A stretch of DNA of 64,000 bases from Octopus vulgaris (GCA_951406725.2 OX597824.1:70432001-70496000), one strand, 5' to 3'; counted from the stretch's first letter, positions 27,738 to 42,214 are shown. Notes: generated by a model from the sequence alone, not told the origin. Program-made: numbers and translations.

Positions 27738-27993
27738 AAAGTTCCTTCCCTAGCGATAGGCTCATAAGGCGGGGTTCCCGGGTGCTGTGTCCTATATATT
27801 TCTCCCAGGCTACCTGGACAGGTCGCCGGTCCGTTGCAGATATACACATTTTTGCCAACTGAGTGGACGGGTACAGCAACGTTAAAATGGAGTGTTTTAC
27901 TCAACAACACATAGCATCAGCCGGTGCAAGAATCGAAACCATAATCTTAAGATCATGAGGCGCGACACACTAACCGCTAAGCTACGTGCCTCC
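27738..27993 (-). mobile_element. Degenerate tRNA-derived SINE (additional family)
   Basis: Minus ggaggcacgTAGCTTAGCGG (A box)...GGTTTCGATTC (B box)...gttgttgagtaaaacactcc. Confidence 0.65.
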
Positions 27994-28049
27994 ATAAGCA
28001 TATGTATGTGTGTGTGTATGTGTGTGTATGTGTATGTGTGTGCGTGCGC

Positions 28050-28090
28050 GCGCGGTCGTGTGTGCACATATATGTGTATATATGTACATA

Positions 28091-28174
<84 letters not shown>

Positions 28175-28252
28175 GATATATATATATAAAATATATATAT
28201 ATATTACATATATTTATATAATACATATATATATACATAATATACAAATATC

Positions 28253-28295
<43 letters not shown>

Positions 28296-28360
28296 ATATA
28301 CAAATATCTATATATATATAATATATATGATACATATATATATAATATAATATACAAATA

Positions 28361-28397
<37 letters not shown>

Positions 28398-29283
28398 CAA
28401 ATATCTATATATAATATGATATATATATATACTATATATGTAATATATATATACATAATATATATAATATATAATACATATTTAATATATATAAATAATA
28501 TAATATATACAATATAAATATATATAATATATATGTGAAATATATATACATATAATATATATGTGATATATATATATATAATATATATGTGATATATATA
28601 TATAAGTAATGTTTCTTCTTTCATTTCATTCAGTCTTCTATTTGACTGTGTCCAAGCTGAAGCACAGCCATTAGTAGAAGAAATCAACCTTATTCTTTTT
28701 ACGCCTAGAACTTATTCTATCGGTCTCTTGGCCGAACACCTAAGCTACGGGGACGTAAACACACCAGCATCGGTTCACAAGCGATGGTGGGGGACAAACA
28801 AAGACACACAAACATACACACACACACATATATATATACGAGAAGCTTCTTTCAGTTTCCGTCTACCAAAGCCACTCACAAGTTTTTGGTCAGCCCGAGG
28901 CTAAAGTAGAGACAGTTGCGCAAGGTGTCACACAGTGGGACTGAACACGGAAGCATATGGTTGGTATACAAGCTACTTACCACAGTCATAGATATATATA
29001 ATATATATAATTTATATATATAAAATATATAATATATATAATTTATATATAATATATATCTAAAATATATAATATATAATATATAAAATATACATAATAT
29101 AATACATATATATAACATATAATATACATAACATAAATATTATATAATATACAATATATATATAATATACATAATATATATATTATATATATATAATATA
29201 ATGTACATAATATATATTATATACATATAATATAATGTACATAATATATATTATATACATATAATATATAATATACACTATAA

Positions 29284-29315
<32 letters not shown>

Positions 29316-29731
29316 TAATATATACTATAAATATATATAATATACATAATATACATATATATATATATATATATAATATATAATATATACTATAAATATA
29401 TATAATATACATAATATACAATATATATATAATATACAATATATATATATAATATATATATATAATATACAATATATATAATATATAATATACATAATAT
29501 ATATAATGTATATATATATTATATATATAATGTATATATATAATATATATAATGTATATATATATACTATACATATAATTATATATATAATATATATAAT
29601 GTATATATATACTATACATAATGTATATATATACTATATATATATTATGTATTATATATTGTATATTTTATAATATATATTATATATATATATATATATA
29701 TTTACATATATATGTATATATATATATAATG

Positions 29732-29775
<44 letters not shown>

Positions 29776-29950
29776 TATATATATATATATATATATAATA
29801 TATATATATATATATACAGTATATATATATATATACAATATAATATACATATATAATGTACTATATACATATATATATATATAATATAATATATACTATA
29901 TATGTACACATATATTGAGATGTATATAGATGTATGTATATATGTAATGA
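28050..29950. repeat. Very AT-rich compound (TA)-derived low-complexity region
   Basis: Degenerate TA/TAA/TAC arrays with local higher-order units; contains a SINE A copy at 28610-28988. Confidence 0.9.
28610..28988 (-). mobile_element. SINE family A (diverged)
   Basis: Colinear with 1763-2163. Confidence 0.85.
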
Positions 29951-30332
29951 CCTGCTTTGTCATCTTTGCTATTTCTTTTGTTGTGTTTTATCTTCTTGTG
30001 ATTTGATCTTTTGTAGTGGTTAGACAGTCGCATGTCAGCTCTGATCAATCGGACCTAAATATGGATGACCATAGGCATTCCATTCCAGCCAGTAGCTTCC
30101 AAGGCCATCTCAATCAATATTATGGGGATACCAAGCAAGGCAATAACTACCAATGGGGTCACTACATACAAAAACCAGCCTTAGCATAGACAGAGTAAGC
30201 TTTCTGCCCCTAATACCCGGGTAACTGCCTCAAAAAACATACAGGTCCTTCTCTGCCGCGAATTAATTTTCCTTTCGAAACAAAATAATGTCTTCAGGTG
30301 GTGGAAATTATCAAATTTTTCACGGTAGCAGA

Positions 30333-30396
<64 letters not shown>

Positions 30397-31180
30397 ACTC
30401 TACTCCCTCTCTTAAAAATGATAGGAGAGAGAATTGAGGGAGATTTTGGGTGATGCTGGTTGCTAGCAAATCGAACTAGATTCAGCCGAACCCCGCTATT
30501 TATAGCGCATTTTCTCGTTGTCTTTGTAAATAAATATATAGATAGATAAGAAAATGAATAAATAAATAAAACCGTATTCTTGGGGTTATTTAATAGTCTA
30601 GTGATAATAATTAGAACGATGGCATTATTAATAACAATGATGGTAAAAAAACGATGGCGGGCGATGATGATAGCGACGACAATATGAGATGGTGACAGAC
30701 GATGAAGATGACGACGATACATTTTATAGGAAATGAGATAGTAATTAGTTGTAGAAAGAGGGGAAAATGAGAGACATAGAGAAGGAGAAACAGAAATGGT
30801 TATGGAGCATTAACTGCCTTTCTTTTTATATTTTTTTTTTCCATCATGCATTGCTGTAGTCATTAAAAGCAGACGATAAAAAAAAAGGAAAAAAAAAACC
30901 AATTGGATGTCGAGTGGATGTTGACTTTCTGAGGCGATGCATACGTACACACACACACATACATAGATAGATATATATATACGTACATACGCTAATACAT
31001 ACATACATAAATAAATACACATACAGATACACACACATACACACAAGCATAAACAGATATATACAAAGTTGTATATAGACACGTATACCTATATAAATAC
31101 ATACACATACACACACACATACATAGATATATATACACGTACATACGCTAATACATACATACATAAATACACATACAGAT

Positions 31181-31228
<48 letters not shown>

Positions 31229-32066
31229 ACACAAGCATAAACAGATATAGACAAAGTTGTACATAGACACATATACCTATATAAATACATACACATACAC
31301 ACATGGTTTTCCATTCTGGTAAGATGTAATAATGGCGATGAAAGCAGAGCTCCACATCCGCTTTCTTTCATTTTTCTTTCTTTTTTTTTTTTTTTTACAT
31401 TTTACATTTTCTATTTCCTTTTTTTTTTAAAAAAAAAAGAAAAGAGAATATCACGGAATAAATGAAGAACGACAGAGGCAGATTGATAAACTGAGATGGT
31501 AGCAGTGTGTTGATGACATTTATCCCATTCGCAAAGTCAACTCCCCGCCACAAACACACACACACACACATAAATAAATAAATAAAAATGCCAAAGACAG
31601 ACGAACGGACGGGAGGACGGACGGACGGACCGAGGGACGAGCGAACGAACGAACGAACGGACGGACGGACGCATATTCTGTGTGGACAGGGGGAAATGCT
31701 CAGCCCTAGATATGCTTAACTGAAGAAGTATCGGCACTTGGATATAGATCCGATTGATTCAATCCGAATATGTCAGCCACTTTCACCAACATTGTACTCA
31801 TCACTCCTGAGTGCAAGTATGTAAATGTGCGTGTGTATATATATATATACATACACAAATAATCTATAATAAAGGTAGGTGAATGGAGATATGAGTGTGT
31901 GTAAATATTATATATATAGATATATGTATATATATATACTTATTTGCATATATATATATTATATATATATTATCTGCATATATATATATATATATATATA
32001 TATCTATATATATATATATATATATATATACTTATCTGCATATATATATATATATATATATACTTA

Positions 32067-32201
<135 letters not shown>

Positions 32202-32362
32202 CTTATCTGCATATATATATATATATATACTTACATACGTGTACTTATACATACATACACATACATTCATATAGTGATCTATTAGCTTGTTGATGGGATC
32301 AGCAAAAAAACACTATTCAGCGATACACACACTCACACACACAAACAGATAGATAGATAGAA

Positions 32363-32449
<87 letters not shown>

Positions 32450-32961
32450 ACCACAATACAGATCAATTGAATAAGGTATAGTTTGTTTATGATTTGCGTA
32501 CGTGAGTGCGCGCGAATCTGTGTTTATCTTTCACTCGATATGTGCGTGTGTATAGATAATTTTTTTTTATTGTCATATGATTTGTGTTGTTGTTGTTGCT
32601 TGTGTATTTCGTCTTCGACTTCGAAGAGGATCCTTTCTCTCTCGCTCGGCGCTCGAAAGGGAAAAAAAAAAGTGAATTGATGGAGGAAAAGTGAGGGGAA
32701 AAAAATAAAAATAAAACAATAAAAAAAATAATAAAACGGAGGAAAAAACAAACTACAAATAAAATTGACAAATAAACATCTGAATGAAGGAACGAGCGAA
32801 TGAATGAGTAGTATACGAACGAATTAGTATATATAATAAATATTATTATTATAAGTGAATGACCGAATAAATTAACGAATGAATGAAAAAAGAACGAGTG
32901 AATGAATGAATAAATAGAGTGAACGAACGAGGATCGAACGAACACAACAAAAACAAATAAC

Positions 32962-33030
<69 letters not shown>

Positions 33031-34469
33031 GATAGATAGATATAGGTTATTATTTCTTTTTACCTCTTAGAAGCTGCCCTTCTAGAAGGAAAAAAACAAC
33101 TTGTTTCTGTCGCTTGTCGGTCGAGGAACTTATGACAAGTTTACAAAACCCGAAGAATAACAAAGAAATTCGTTGATTGGAGGGGGGAAGGAACAACAAC
33201 AACAACAGCGACACCAAAAAGAAAGAGAGAGAGAGAGGAAGGAAGAAAGAAAGCCTCTTGATGTGACGACGGTAACGCAGTTATAGCGGTGACGGTGGCG
33301 GTAGGAGGAGAAAGAGAGAGAGTAAGAGTAAAGGTGAAGCAGAAGGAGAAGACAGAGGAGAAGACGAAGAAGGGGGAGAAGGTGAAGACATAAGTAGAAG
33401 GAGAAGGAAGAAGTAGTAGGAGTAGAAAGTAGAAGACGGCTTTTAAGAAGAAAAAGAGAGGGGGAAGGAGTGATGAAGTCAGTGGTGATGGCGGTGGAGT
33501 TGTGGCCGGAGGAGGAGGAAGGACAAGACAAGAAAAGAGGATAAAGAAAAAAGAGAAATGAGAAAAAGAAATGGGATGAGGAGGAAAGGAAAATACAAAG
33601 AAAGTGAGGGTGCAACAAGACAGATAGAGAGGGAGGAGAATCAAAGAAGGAGAAAAAGAAAGTAAAATAAACGAGAGAGTGTATATGAACGAGAGAGAGC
33701 GAGAAAGAGAGAGATAAAAGAGGAGAAGAAAAAGGAGAAAAGACAAGGAAAACGTAAAGACGTGGAGGCGGAGGAGGAGGAGAAGCACGAGGAGGAGAAA
33801 GATTATAAGGAAGGGGTGGTGGGAGCTGAGCGCATGCGTGCTTTGTTAGCCACACGGCTGAGGAGAGGAGTAAGATCTTGAGAAGAAGGAGGGGAGGGAA
33901 AGGATGAGAAGAAGAAGTAGGAGTGGTAGGAGGAGGAGAAGAAGAAGCTGGAGAAGAGATGAACGAAGATGAAGGGGAAGAAAATCAAAGGAAGAAAAGA
34001 GTGTGATGATAATGATGACGATAATAGTTTTGTTGTTATTAATGATAATAAGAATAAAACTATGGAAGCCTGTTAGCGTTACCTTTCTGACTTTTCGTAA
34101 TCTTGGAGTAGCAAGTAGAATGGAGAAAAAAAGTAGGTAAAAGATGTGGTGAGAGAGAGAGAGAGAGAGAGAAAGGAGAATGGTGAAGTGATAAAGAGAT
34201 CAAAGACTGATGAGAAGCAAAAATAGACAAGTGTATGGAGGAACGGCGAGTGCGGTCTGAGATAAACAGAGCGAGTATGATCGAAAGAGTGTATGAAAAC
34301 GAGAAAAAAAGGAGAGAGTGAGTGAGACAAATGGATAAATAGACAGAGAGCGCGTGTGTGAGATAAAGAGAGGTTGTGAGAGCGATAGCTAGATAGATAG
34401 AGAATGAATGAGTTGGTGCGTGAGATGGAGTATTTATAAGTATATTATGAGATAGACAGATTGGGCACA

Positions 34470-34626
34470 ACAGGGCCATCTTCACGGTATTACCTCTCCA
34501 AGAAAAGCAATTCACTGAGGTCCCAACATAACACACAACTGCTGCAGATATAGATTAGCATTTGGGACGGCCTAGGCCCGTGGGGGCTCCTGACCAACTG
34601 CTCTGTGCGGTCATGCGTTAAGATGG
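34470..34626. mobile_element. Possible decayed hAT-type MITE
   Basis: cagggccatcttcacg ... cgttaagatgg partial TIRs and a GC-rich ggcccgtgggggctcc subterminal motif; no TSD seen. Confidence 0.35.
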
Positions 34627-35075
34627 ATGGCACGAGCGGGCAAGAATCGCGCGTGTGAGATGGCGAAAGAGAGTGAATGTGAGAGAGGGAGAGAGTGAGT
34701 GTATGAATATGAGAGAGGGAGAGTGCGAGTGAATATGAGAGAGGGAGAGTGCGTGTGAATATGAGAGAGGGAGAGAGAGTGTGTGTGTGTGAATATGAGA
34801 GAGGGAGAGAGTGTGTGTAAATAGAGAAAGTGTTTTTATGCGTGTGTGTGAATGATTGAGTTTCTGTGTAAAGGAAGAAAGCGAGAGGCGACTTGGGGGG
34901 GGGGGAAAGATAAGAGAGATGATTAAAGGAAGATATGAGTGACGTGATCGAAAAGTGAATGAAAGTTAAACCGAAGGAGAGAATATAAGAAGAAATACAT
35001 AGAGAGAAAGTGTCGGGGTGTGTGGGGGAAGATGCTGTAAAACCAAAATGTATGTGTATGTTTGCGTTATCTGTA

Positions 35076-35106
<31 letters not shown>

Positions 35107-35557
35107 TTGAGCGTTATTCAGGTTTACATCTATATATATGTTTGAATAGAAAAGGACATTAGAAGGAGGGGAAGAAGAAGAAGAAGAAGAAGAAGAAGAA
35201 GAAGAAGAAGAAGAAGAAGAAGAAGAAGAAGAAGAAGAAGAAGGGGAGGAGGAGGAAGAGGGGAGGAGGAAATGCAAGGAGCAAAATAAAAACGGCGAGA
35301 GATAGTGATAGAGAGAAAAGAAAGCGAAGCGAAGTTGAAAAAAGTCCAAGAAAACATCTCGATTAAAGCGATAAGGAGAGATAGAGAGAAAGAAAGAGAA
35401 GAGAGAGAGAGATAGACATAGATAGAGAGAGGGGGAGAGACAGAGACAGAGACAGAAAGTGTGGGGAATCGTTATGGAAATAACGAAGACAACGACGAAA
35501 CTATAAGAGCGTAAACACACACACGCACACACAAACACATTGTAAGATTCTGAGGAA

Positions 35558-35800
35558 TCTTTTACTTGTTTCAGTTATTGGACTGCGGCCATGCTGGGGC
35601 ACTGCCTTGAAGGGTTTCAGATGAGTGATTCGCTGCCAGCACTCATATAGTTTTTTTTCTTCTTTTTAGTATGTTTTTTATAGCCTGATTCATATTCTAT
35701 CGGTTCTTTCGGCGAGCTGCTTAGTAAACAAACTAGTTACATGGACGTAAACGTACCAGCACTGGTTGTCAAGCAGTGTTAGGGATCACACACACAGACA

Positions 35801-35840
<40 letters not shown>

Positions 35841-36012
35841 GGCTAGGGACGACTAAAATCTTATGACTGGATTTGCTAGACGGAAACTTGAAAGATGCCT
35901 GTCATGTCTGCGCGTGTATAAGTTGAAGAAAACGCTTGTTGCCCGAAGTGCCGCTCTGTAGGACTGAACCCGGAACCATATGTGGTTAGGAAGCAAACTT
36001 CTTACCACACAA
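35558..36012 (-). mobile_element. SINE family A (old, diverged)
   Basis: Tail and head motifs recognisable with many substitutions. Confidence 0.8.
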
Positions 36013-36116
36013 CTATATTTACACATGATATGATATGTTTTTATATATATGTGTGTGTGTATGTGTGTGTGTTTGTGTGTGCGCGTGCGCGATTTGATAT
36101 ATTCTCTTTTATATAT

Positions 36117-36523
36117 ACTCTTTTACTCTCACTTGTTTCAGTCATTTGACTGCGGCCATGCTGGAGCACCGCCTTTAATCGAGCAACTCGACCCCGGGAC
36201 TTATTCTTTTGTAAGACCAGTACTTATTCTATCGGTCCCTTTTGCCGAACCGCGAAGTAACGGGGACATAAACACACCAGCATCGGTTGTCAAGCAATGC
36301 TAGGGGACAAACACAGACACACAAACACACACACACGCATATATATATATATACATATATACGACGGGCTTCTTTCAGTTTCCGTCTACCAAATCCACTC
36401 ACAAGGCTTTGGTCGGCCCGAGGCTATAGTAGAAGACACTTGCCCAAGGTGCCACGCAGTGGAACTGAACCCAGAACCATATGGTTGGTAAACAAGCTAC
36501 TTACCACACAGCCACTCCTGCGC
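36117..36523 (-). mobile_element. SINE family A, full length
   Basis: Colinear with 1763-2163. Confidence 0.9.
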
Positions 36524-36549
36524 CATATATATATATATATGGCGCAGGA

Positions 36550-36619
<70 letters not shown>

Positions 36620-36974
36620 GGAGTTTTGTCTTTTAATGTTGTTTATCGATCAACTTTATTATTGATGGTTTTATATTGGTTTGTCTTCTGTTACGGTCAT
36701 ATGTTTTATACGAAGGTGGTAAAACGCCCTTCTTCGGAGCAGGTATTAAAGCTTTCGGTGATTCGATCGAGTATGCTTGTTGAATGAGGAGATTGAGAAA
36801 CGGTTTCGAATCCTAGTCGTGGCTTGTTCAATGTCGTTCACGTTAATCAAGCTCTTACGAAAGAGAAACTGAAGATAAAAAAAGGCAGGTAAATCAGACA
36901 GATAGATAGATATTAAGTAATTATATACACAGATATAGATGCGCATATAAAGATGTAGAGACAGACAGACAGAC

Positions 36975-37051
<77 letters not shown>

Positions 37052-37084
37052 TGTATATAGAGAGATAAGTAGGTGTATACATGT

Positions 37085-37119
<35 letters not shown>

Positions 37120-37599
37120 TAGATAGATAGATAGATAGATAGTATAAGAGAAAGTTATATAATTATTTTCTACATCATCCTGAAACTGCGGGATATCTGT
37201 GTCCCCATCAAAAGACACTAATCTGACCAATCACCCACGACCCTCACCAATGAGAAGTCAACATAAGAAATGTCAAAACCTCACTTTCTTTCCTTTGCAT
37301 GTTTTAATTTTTGAAAATTTTTCCCTTTTTTTTTTTCTCCCCGAAATTTATCTTTTATTTTTTTCTTCTTTCGTTCAATCACATTTTTGGACCTTTTCTG
37401 TCGATCCCGCTTTCTATATTTTTCTCTCTTTCCCCTAATCTTTTTTTCCTTCTAATTGTTTCTTTATTCCTTTCTTCAATCTGTTTTTCATTTCTGTATT
37501 CCTTCTATTCCCGCCCCACTTCCCTAGAACGACAATAATTTCATTCTTTCCCTTTTGATATTACATATTTCTTTCATTAATAATTTATTTTTCGTTACC

Positions 37600-37860
37600 A
37601 TACTCTTCTTTTCATTAGCATTTCATTCGCTTTTTCTTTTATTAGCATTTCATTCTCTTTTTCTTTCATTAGCATTTCATTCTCCTTTCTTTCATAAGCA
37701 TTTCATTCTCTTTTTCTTTCGTTAGCACTTCTCTCCTTTCTTTCGTTTGCAATTTCACTTTTCCTTCCTTAAAATTTCGTTCGTTTTCTTTCCTCTGTTA
37801 GCACTTCATTCTTTCCTCAGCACTTCATTCTTTTTTCTTTCTTTCGCTAGCTCCCTTTTT
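37600..37860. repeat. Degenerate about 26-bp minisatellite in a 1.1-kb polypyrimidine tract
   Basis: Unit ttagcatttcattctctttttctttc repeated several times with decay. Confidence 0.75.
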
Positions 37861-38570
37861 CCTTTCTTTTCTTCGTTTGCACTTCATTCTTTCATTAGAC
37901 CTTCTTTTCTTTTTTCTGTTCTTCCTTCCCCTCGTTAAAAACTTCATTCTTTCCTTCTTTTTCCTTTCTTTTGTTAGCTCTTCGTTTTCTCTCTTTTTAT
38001 TAGCAATTTTTTCTTTCTTTCATTCGTTAGCGCTTCTTTCTTTTTCCTTTCTTTCGTTACAAGTTCTACCTTCTTTTCCTTTCAATACTTTTCAAGTTTC
38101 TTTCAATTTTTTTCTTTTTCATTCTTTTAAATTCTTTCTTTCATTATTTTTACGTTCTTTCTCCCCATTATTTCTGTCATTCACTTTCTCTTATATACCT
38201 TTCTTCTTTCTTTCGCATTCTTTTACATCTTTCAGTTCTATCTCTTCCATCTGTCATTCTTTCATTTCACCTTTCCTTTTCATCTTTCCCTGTATCGGTC
38301 GTAACATTTTCTTTTTTTCTTTTCCTTCTATATCTTTCTAAGATCATTCATTTAATCATTCGATCTTTTATCTTCTTCAGTTTTATCTTTGCTTCTTTCC
38401 TTCTTTTATCTCTACCTGTGTAACACGCTTTTCACTCTTTTCCTATATTTTCTTCTTTTAATCATCTGCTTCATACATATGTCTGTGTCTTTTCTACTAT
38501 AGCCTAGGGCCACCCAAAGCCTTTTTACTGGATTTGGTAGACGGAAACTGAGAGAAGCCCGTCGTGTATA

Positions 38571-38613
<43 letters not shown>

Positions 38614-38695
38614 TGGTAAAAACGGTAAGATTACAAAAGAAAGAAAGAGAGGAATTTATCTGTAAATGTAATATACGACAATTATTCGGTAGCCA

Positions 38696-38787
38696 AGATA
38701 AAACTCTGAGTTTCGGATGCCGAGGTGGAAATCCACACCACCATCCCTTCAGTTATCCAGCCGGATAACTGAAGGGATGGTGGTGTG
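38696..38787 (-). ncRNA. Hammerhead-like motif with a perfect 25-bp fold-back
   Basis: Minus GATAA-CTGAAG-GGATG...CATCC-GAA-ACTC-A-GAGT-T-TTATC (core lacks A9). 38734-38758 and 38763-38787 are perfect inverted arms. Confidence 0.55.
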
Positions 38788-38985
38788 AATTGCGACGTCA
38801 CAGGTGCCAAGCTGTATCAGCTGTTGCCTTTCTCTTGGATAACACTGGTGGCGTCGAGAGGGGATGCCGGTATGCATGGGCGACTTCTGGTCTTCCATAA
38901 ACAACCTTGCCCGGACTTGTGCCTGAGAGGGTAACTTTCTTGGTGCAATCCCATGGTCTGTGTCGTGACCGAGGGAGGGGGTCTC

Positions 38986-39025
<40 letters not shown>

Positions 39026-39035
39026 ATATCATATA

Positions 39036-39417
39036 TCTTTATATATAAAAGAAAGGTTGTGTGTCTGTCTACTCCGATTTAGATTCCTAACTACTCCCAC
39101 ATTTTGCGGTGCAGTTTAACCAAAACCGGGTATCTTATAGTCGTGATTCATATCAAGCCCTTCTGGGTATTAGCGCGCATCTACGATGAGTCTACGATTT
39201 TAAAAATAATTTACCATCATTTTTTTCCATTTTAATGCATATTTTTTTAATAAAGGGAAGTAACTCTCTAAAAATGTCTACGATGAGTCAACGATTTAAA
39301 AACAAATTTACCATAATTTTTTTTCCATTTTTAATGCATTTTTTGGCTATAACTCTCTAAAAATGCTTTATAGTTATTTCCCTTACAAACCCGAGCAACG
39401 CCGGGCGATACTGCTAG
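39036..39417 (+). mobile_element. Non-autonomous Helitron
   Basis: a|TCtttatatataaaag ... cccgagcaacgccgggcgatactgCTAG|t. Confidence 0.87.
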
Positions 39418-39452
39418 TATTATATATATATATATATATATATATGTATTAT

Positions 39453-39588
39453 TGTTATGTCCCACATTCGGTTGCCTTCTACTCAACTCTTTTCTCTACT
39501 TTGACTCTACTCTCGACGTCTAGACTTCTCCCTCTATATCTACGTATCGGGCTAGTCTACTTCATCGTCTGGAGGCGTCCACACAACA
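39453..39588 (-). mobile_element. 3' LTR (136 bp) of the Ty3/Gypsy element
   Basis: Minus TGTTGTGT...ACATAACA (7/8 inverted termini), immediately preceded by the polypurine tract GGGGGAGG (39596-39589) and downstream of the integrase. Confidence 0.75.
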
Positions 39589-39599
39589 CCTCCCCCATT

Positions 39600-41310
39600 T
39601 GAGTTTTTTAAATCCGAATTTATCAATTTTATTTCCTCGGTGAGAAACTGGCATATCTTTTTCTCTTAGCGTTAATTTCCATCATTTCTGTAGATTTTCT
39701 CTTCCTGTTCGAACTACGTGTCGGTTCTGCTTTTGCTTGTGGTTCTGGGACCTCGAACACATTTGCTTGTGGTTCTGGGACCCGGAACAAATCATACCAT
39801 AAATCCATTGGTTCTTCTCGCTTCTCTTGGTTTTTGGTATAACTTTTTTTATTGGTTTAAATCCCTTCTGGGTTCATATTTTGGTCCTTTTACCATGTAC
39901 ATCACGTTACCCAGACGTCCAGTTATACTTCCTTGTCCCCAGTTTTGTTTTCCGTTACTATATATTTTAAAATACACTTTGTCATCTATGTTAAAAACAT
40001 TTCGTTTTTCTTCCCGAATTTTCTATTTTCTGTTTCCTGCTCGGCAACCATTTGTCATAAATAGAACGAATTTTTCTAGAAAACATCAAATCTGCGGATG
40101 ACCTACCCGACTCTGCATTTGGATTCGGTGTTATTCTATACACCTGCAAAAACTTTGTCATATTTGTATCTTCAAAGCTTTCCCGTCAGGTCTTCATTAA
40201 GGCTCTCTTGAATGGTGGAGTTAACACATGCTTCATCTGAACCTACTTACAAAATCTTTCGAACTCCTTCGCCGTGATTTGTGTACCATTATCCGACACG
40301 ATCGTATCTGGGACAGTTAGTTCTTCCAAGAAGTCAATAGTCACACTTGTGGTTGGCCTTGAACATTTACACACTTCAGGCCATTTAGAATAGCTATCCA
40401 CCACAATGATATAATGAGAGCCATTTGTTGGTCCTGCGAAATCCACATGTAGTCTAGACCATGCCGAATCCGTTTTTGGCCACGGCTGAATATGCAATGG
40501 GGGCACCTTTGCTGCCATAGCGCATCCCCTACACTGTTTTACCAGTCTCTCAATTTGCTTGTCCATATTCGGCCAATAAACGTAACTTCTCATAAGACTC
40601 TTCATCCGGACAATCCCCGGATGTCCTACATGAAAGTCTTTTAATACTTTGTTTTGCAGTGCTTCAGGTATCACACTCTTTGTGCATTTAATAAAACCTC
40701 ATCACATACTGTATAGTGCTTTGAACCTGCGTCCCGCTCATTTATATTTTTCGTGTTACTCAACATTTTAAAAATCTTATTTATGAACCTATCATTTCCC
40801 GATTTCAATTTAATTTCTTCCAGCGTTACCGGCAAATCACATACTGCATTGCACAAAATGTTCTTCAGTTTCATTTCTAGTTTTAATGATGCAATCACCG
40901 TGTCTGCAAAAGGTTCCTCATATTTTGGAATTAGCCTAGACAACCCCTCTTTTGTCCCATTTTCATTGATGGCAAAAACTCCATCTGGAAATCGTAGTTC
41001 AACACAGTAGTCCCCCAGCGCTGTAAGTGGTTTGCTGAGTGAGTTGGGATACCCTTTTTCGAGCCAAGAATAGACAATAACGGTCGGTGATCCGTTTGCA
41101 GTGTAAACTTCCTCCCATGTAAGAATTTATGAATTTTTTTTACTGCGATGATTAGTGATAACACCTCTTTTTCAATCTGGCTGTAGTTTCTTTCCGCTGG
41201 TAATAGAACTCTCGATGCATGTGCAATAGCTTTGATTTTATCATCATTAAATTTATGCAATATTACAGCTCCTACATCATATTCACTGGCATCCGATGCC
41301 ACAATTACAG
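39600..41310 (-). mobile_element. pol: Decayed Ty3/Gypsy pol (RNase H, HHCC zinc finger, integrase core)
   Basis: ASDASEYDVGAV..IAHASRVL...ERNYSQIEKE...FTLQTDHRPL (RNase H); HVGHPG...YVYWPNMDKQI...CRGC (HHCC); RLHVDFAGP...VDSYSKWPEV...IVSDNGTQ (rve). RH-then-IN order; frameshifts between the three ORFs. Confidence 0.93.
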
Positions 41311-42214
41311 GTGGGCCGAGGACAACAACATGCAGTTTACTGCAGGAAAATTCTAGGTCCTACGCTACCAACACACAAAGCTAAATGACATGTAGACAGG
41401 ATACACTGGCCCAAGAGGAATTGAAATCCCTGAATCAAAGTCAGTGCGTGTCCTGGACATTGACATGAGCAATGATGCATCTTTTCAAGTGCTTATTACC
41501 AATTTGGTAATAAAATGCAGACGGGTGGTTGGATGGATCCTTCAAACTTTCAGAACAAGAGAAAAGGAGACATTCATGATCCTTTGGAGGACATACGTTC
41601 TCTAAGGCCGCTTAGACTATTGCTCCCAACTATGGTTAGCACACAATAAAAAATCCGCGGCGGAACTCGAAGCAATCCAACGAAGCTACACTAAGAAAAT
41701 CGTCTCGAAGCAGCAACATGCCAGCTATTGGGAAAGACTTAAAGAATTAAAAGTCTTCTCCCTGGAACGAAGGCGGGAGAGATATGCAGTAATATACATC
41801 AGGAAAATCCTAGGACTTTGGCATTGCAAGTTACTCAAACTGCAGAACGAGGCGCCACTGCATAGTGCCAAAGATCCCAGCATCGCCATCAAAATACAGG
41901 ACCAGATACTGCAACAGCTTGGGCTTCAAGGGCCTGCAGCTCTTTAATATCCTTCAAAAATGCCTGGAGACCTGCATGGTGTGGATGTAAGTGTCTTTAA
42001 AACAAAACTAGATCACTTCCTGTTATGGGTTCCAGAGGAGCCTACCTCACGGCAGGAAACACAGCTGAAGGCAGCAGCATCAAGCTACCTCATTGACCAA
42101 ATGCCACATATCAGAGGAGGTTCTAAATAATGGTGTAGCTCAGTCAATGGTGGTGCTCCAGCATGACTGCAGCTTTTCAGCTAAAACATTTTAAAATAGT
42201 TTAAGATAAAATAG

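Noticed and set aside
31785-31822. Resemblance to U1 snRNA loop II (ttgcactc.gga) on the minus strand
   Set aside because: The match is only about 15 nt; the rest of U1 and the Sm site are absent.
36760-36860. Possible hammerhead on the minus strand (ttgatta...gaaaccgt)
   Set aside because: Core too degenerate and stems not convincingly paired.
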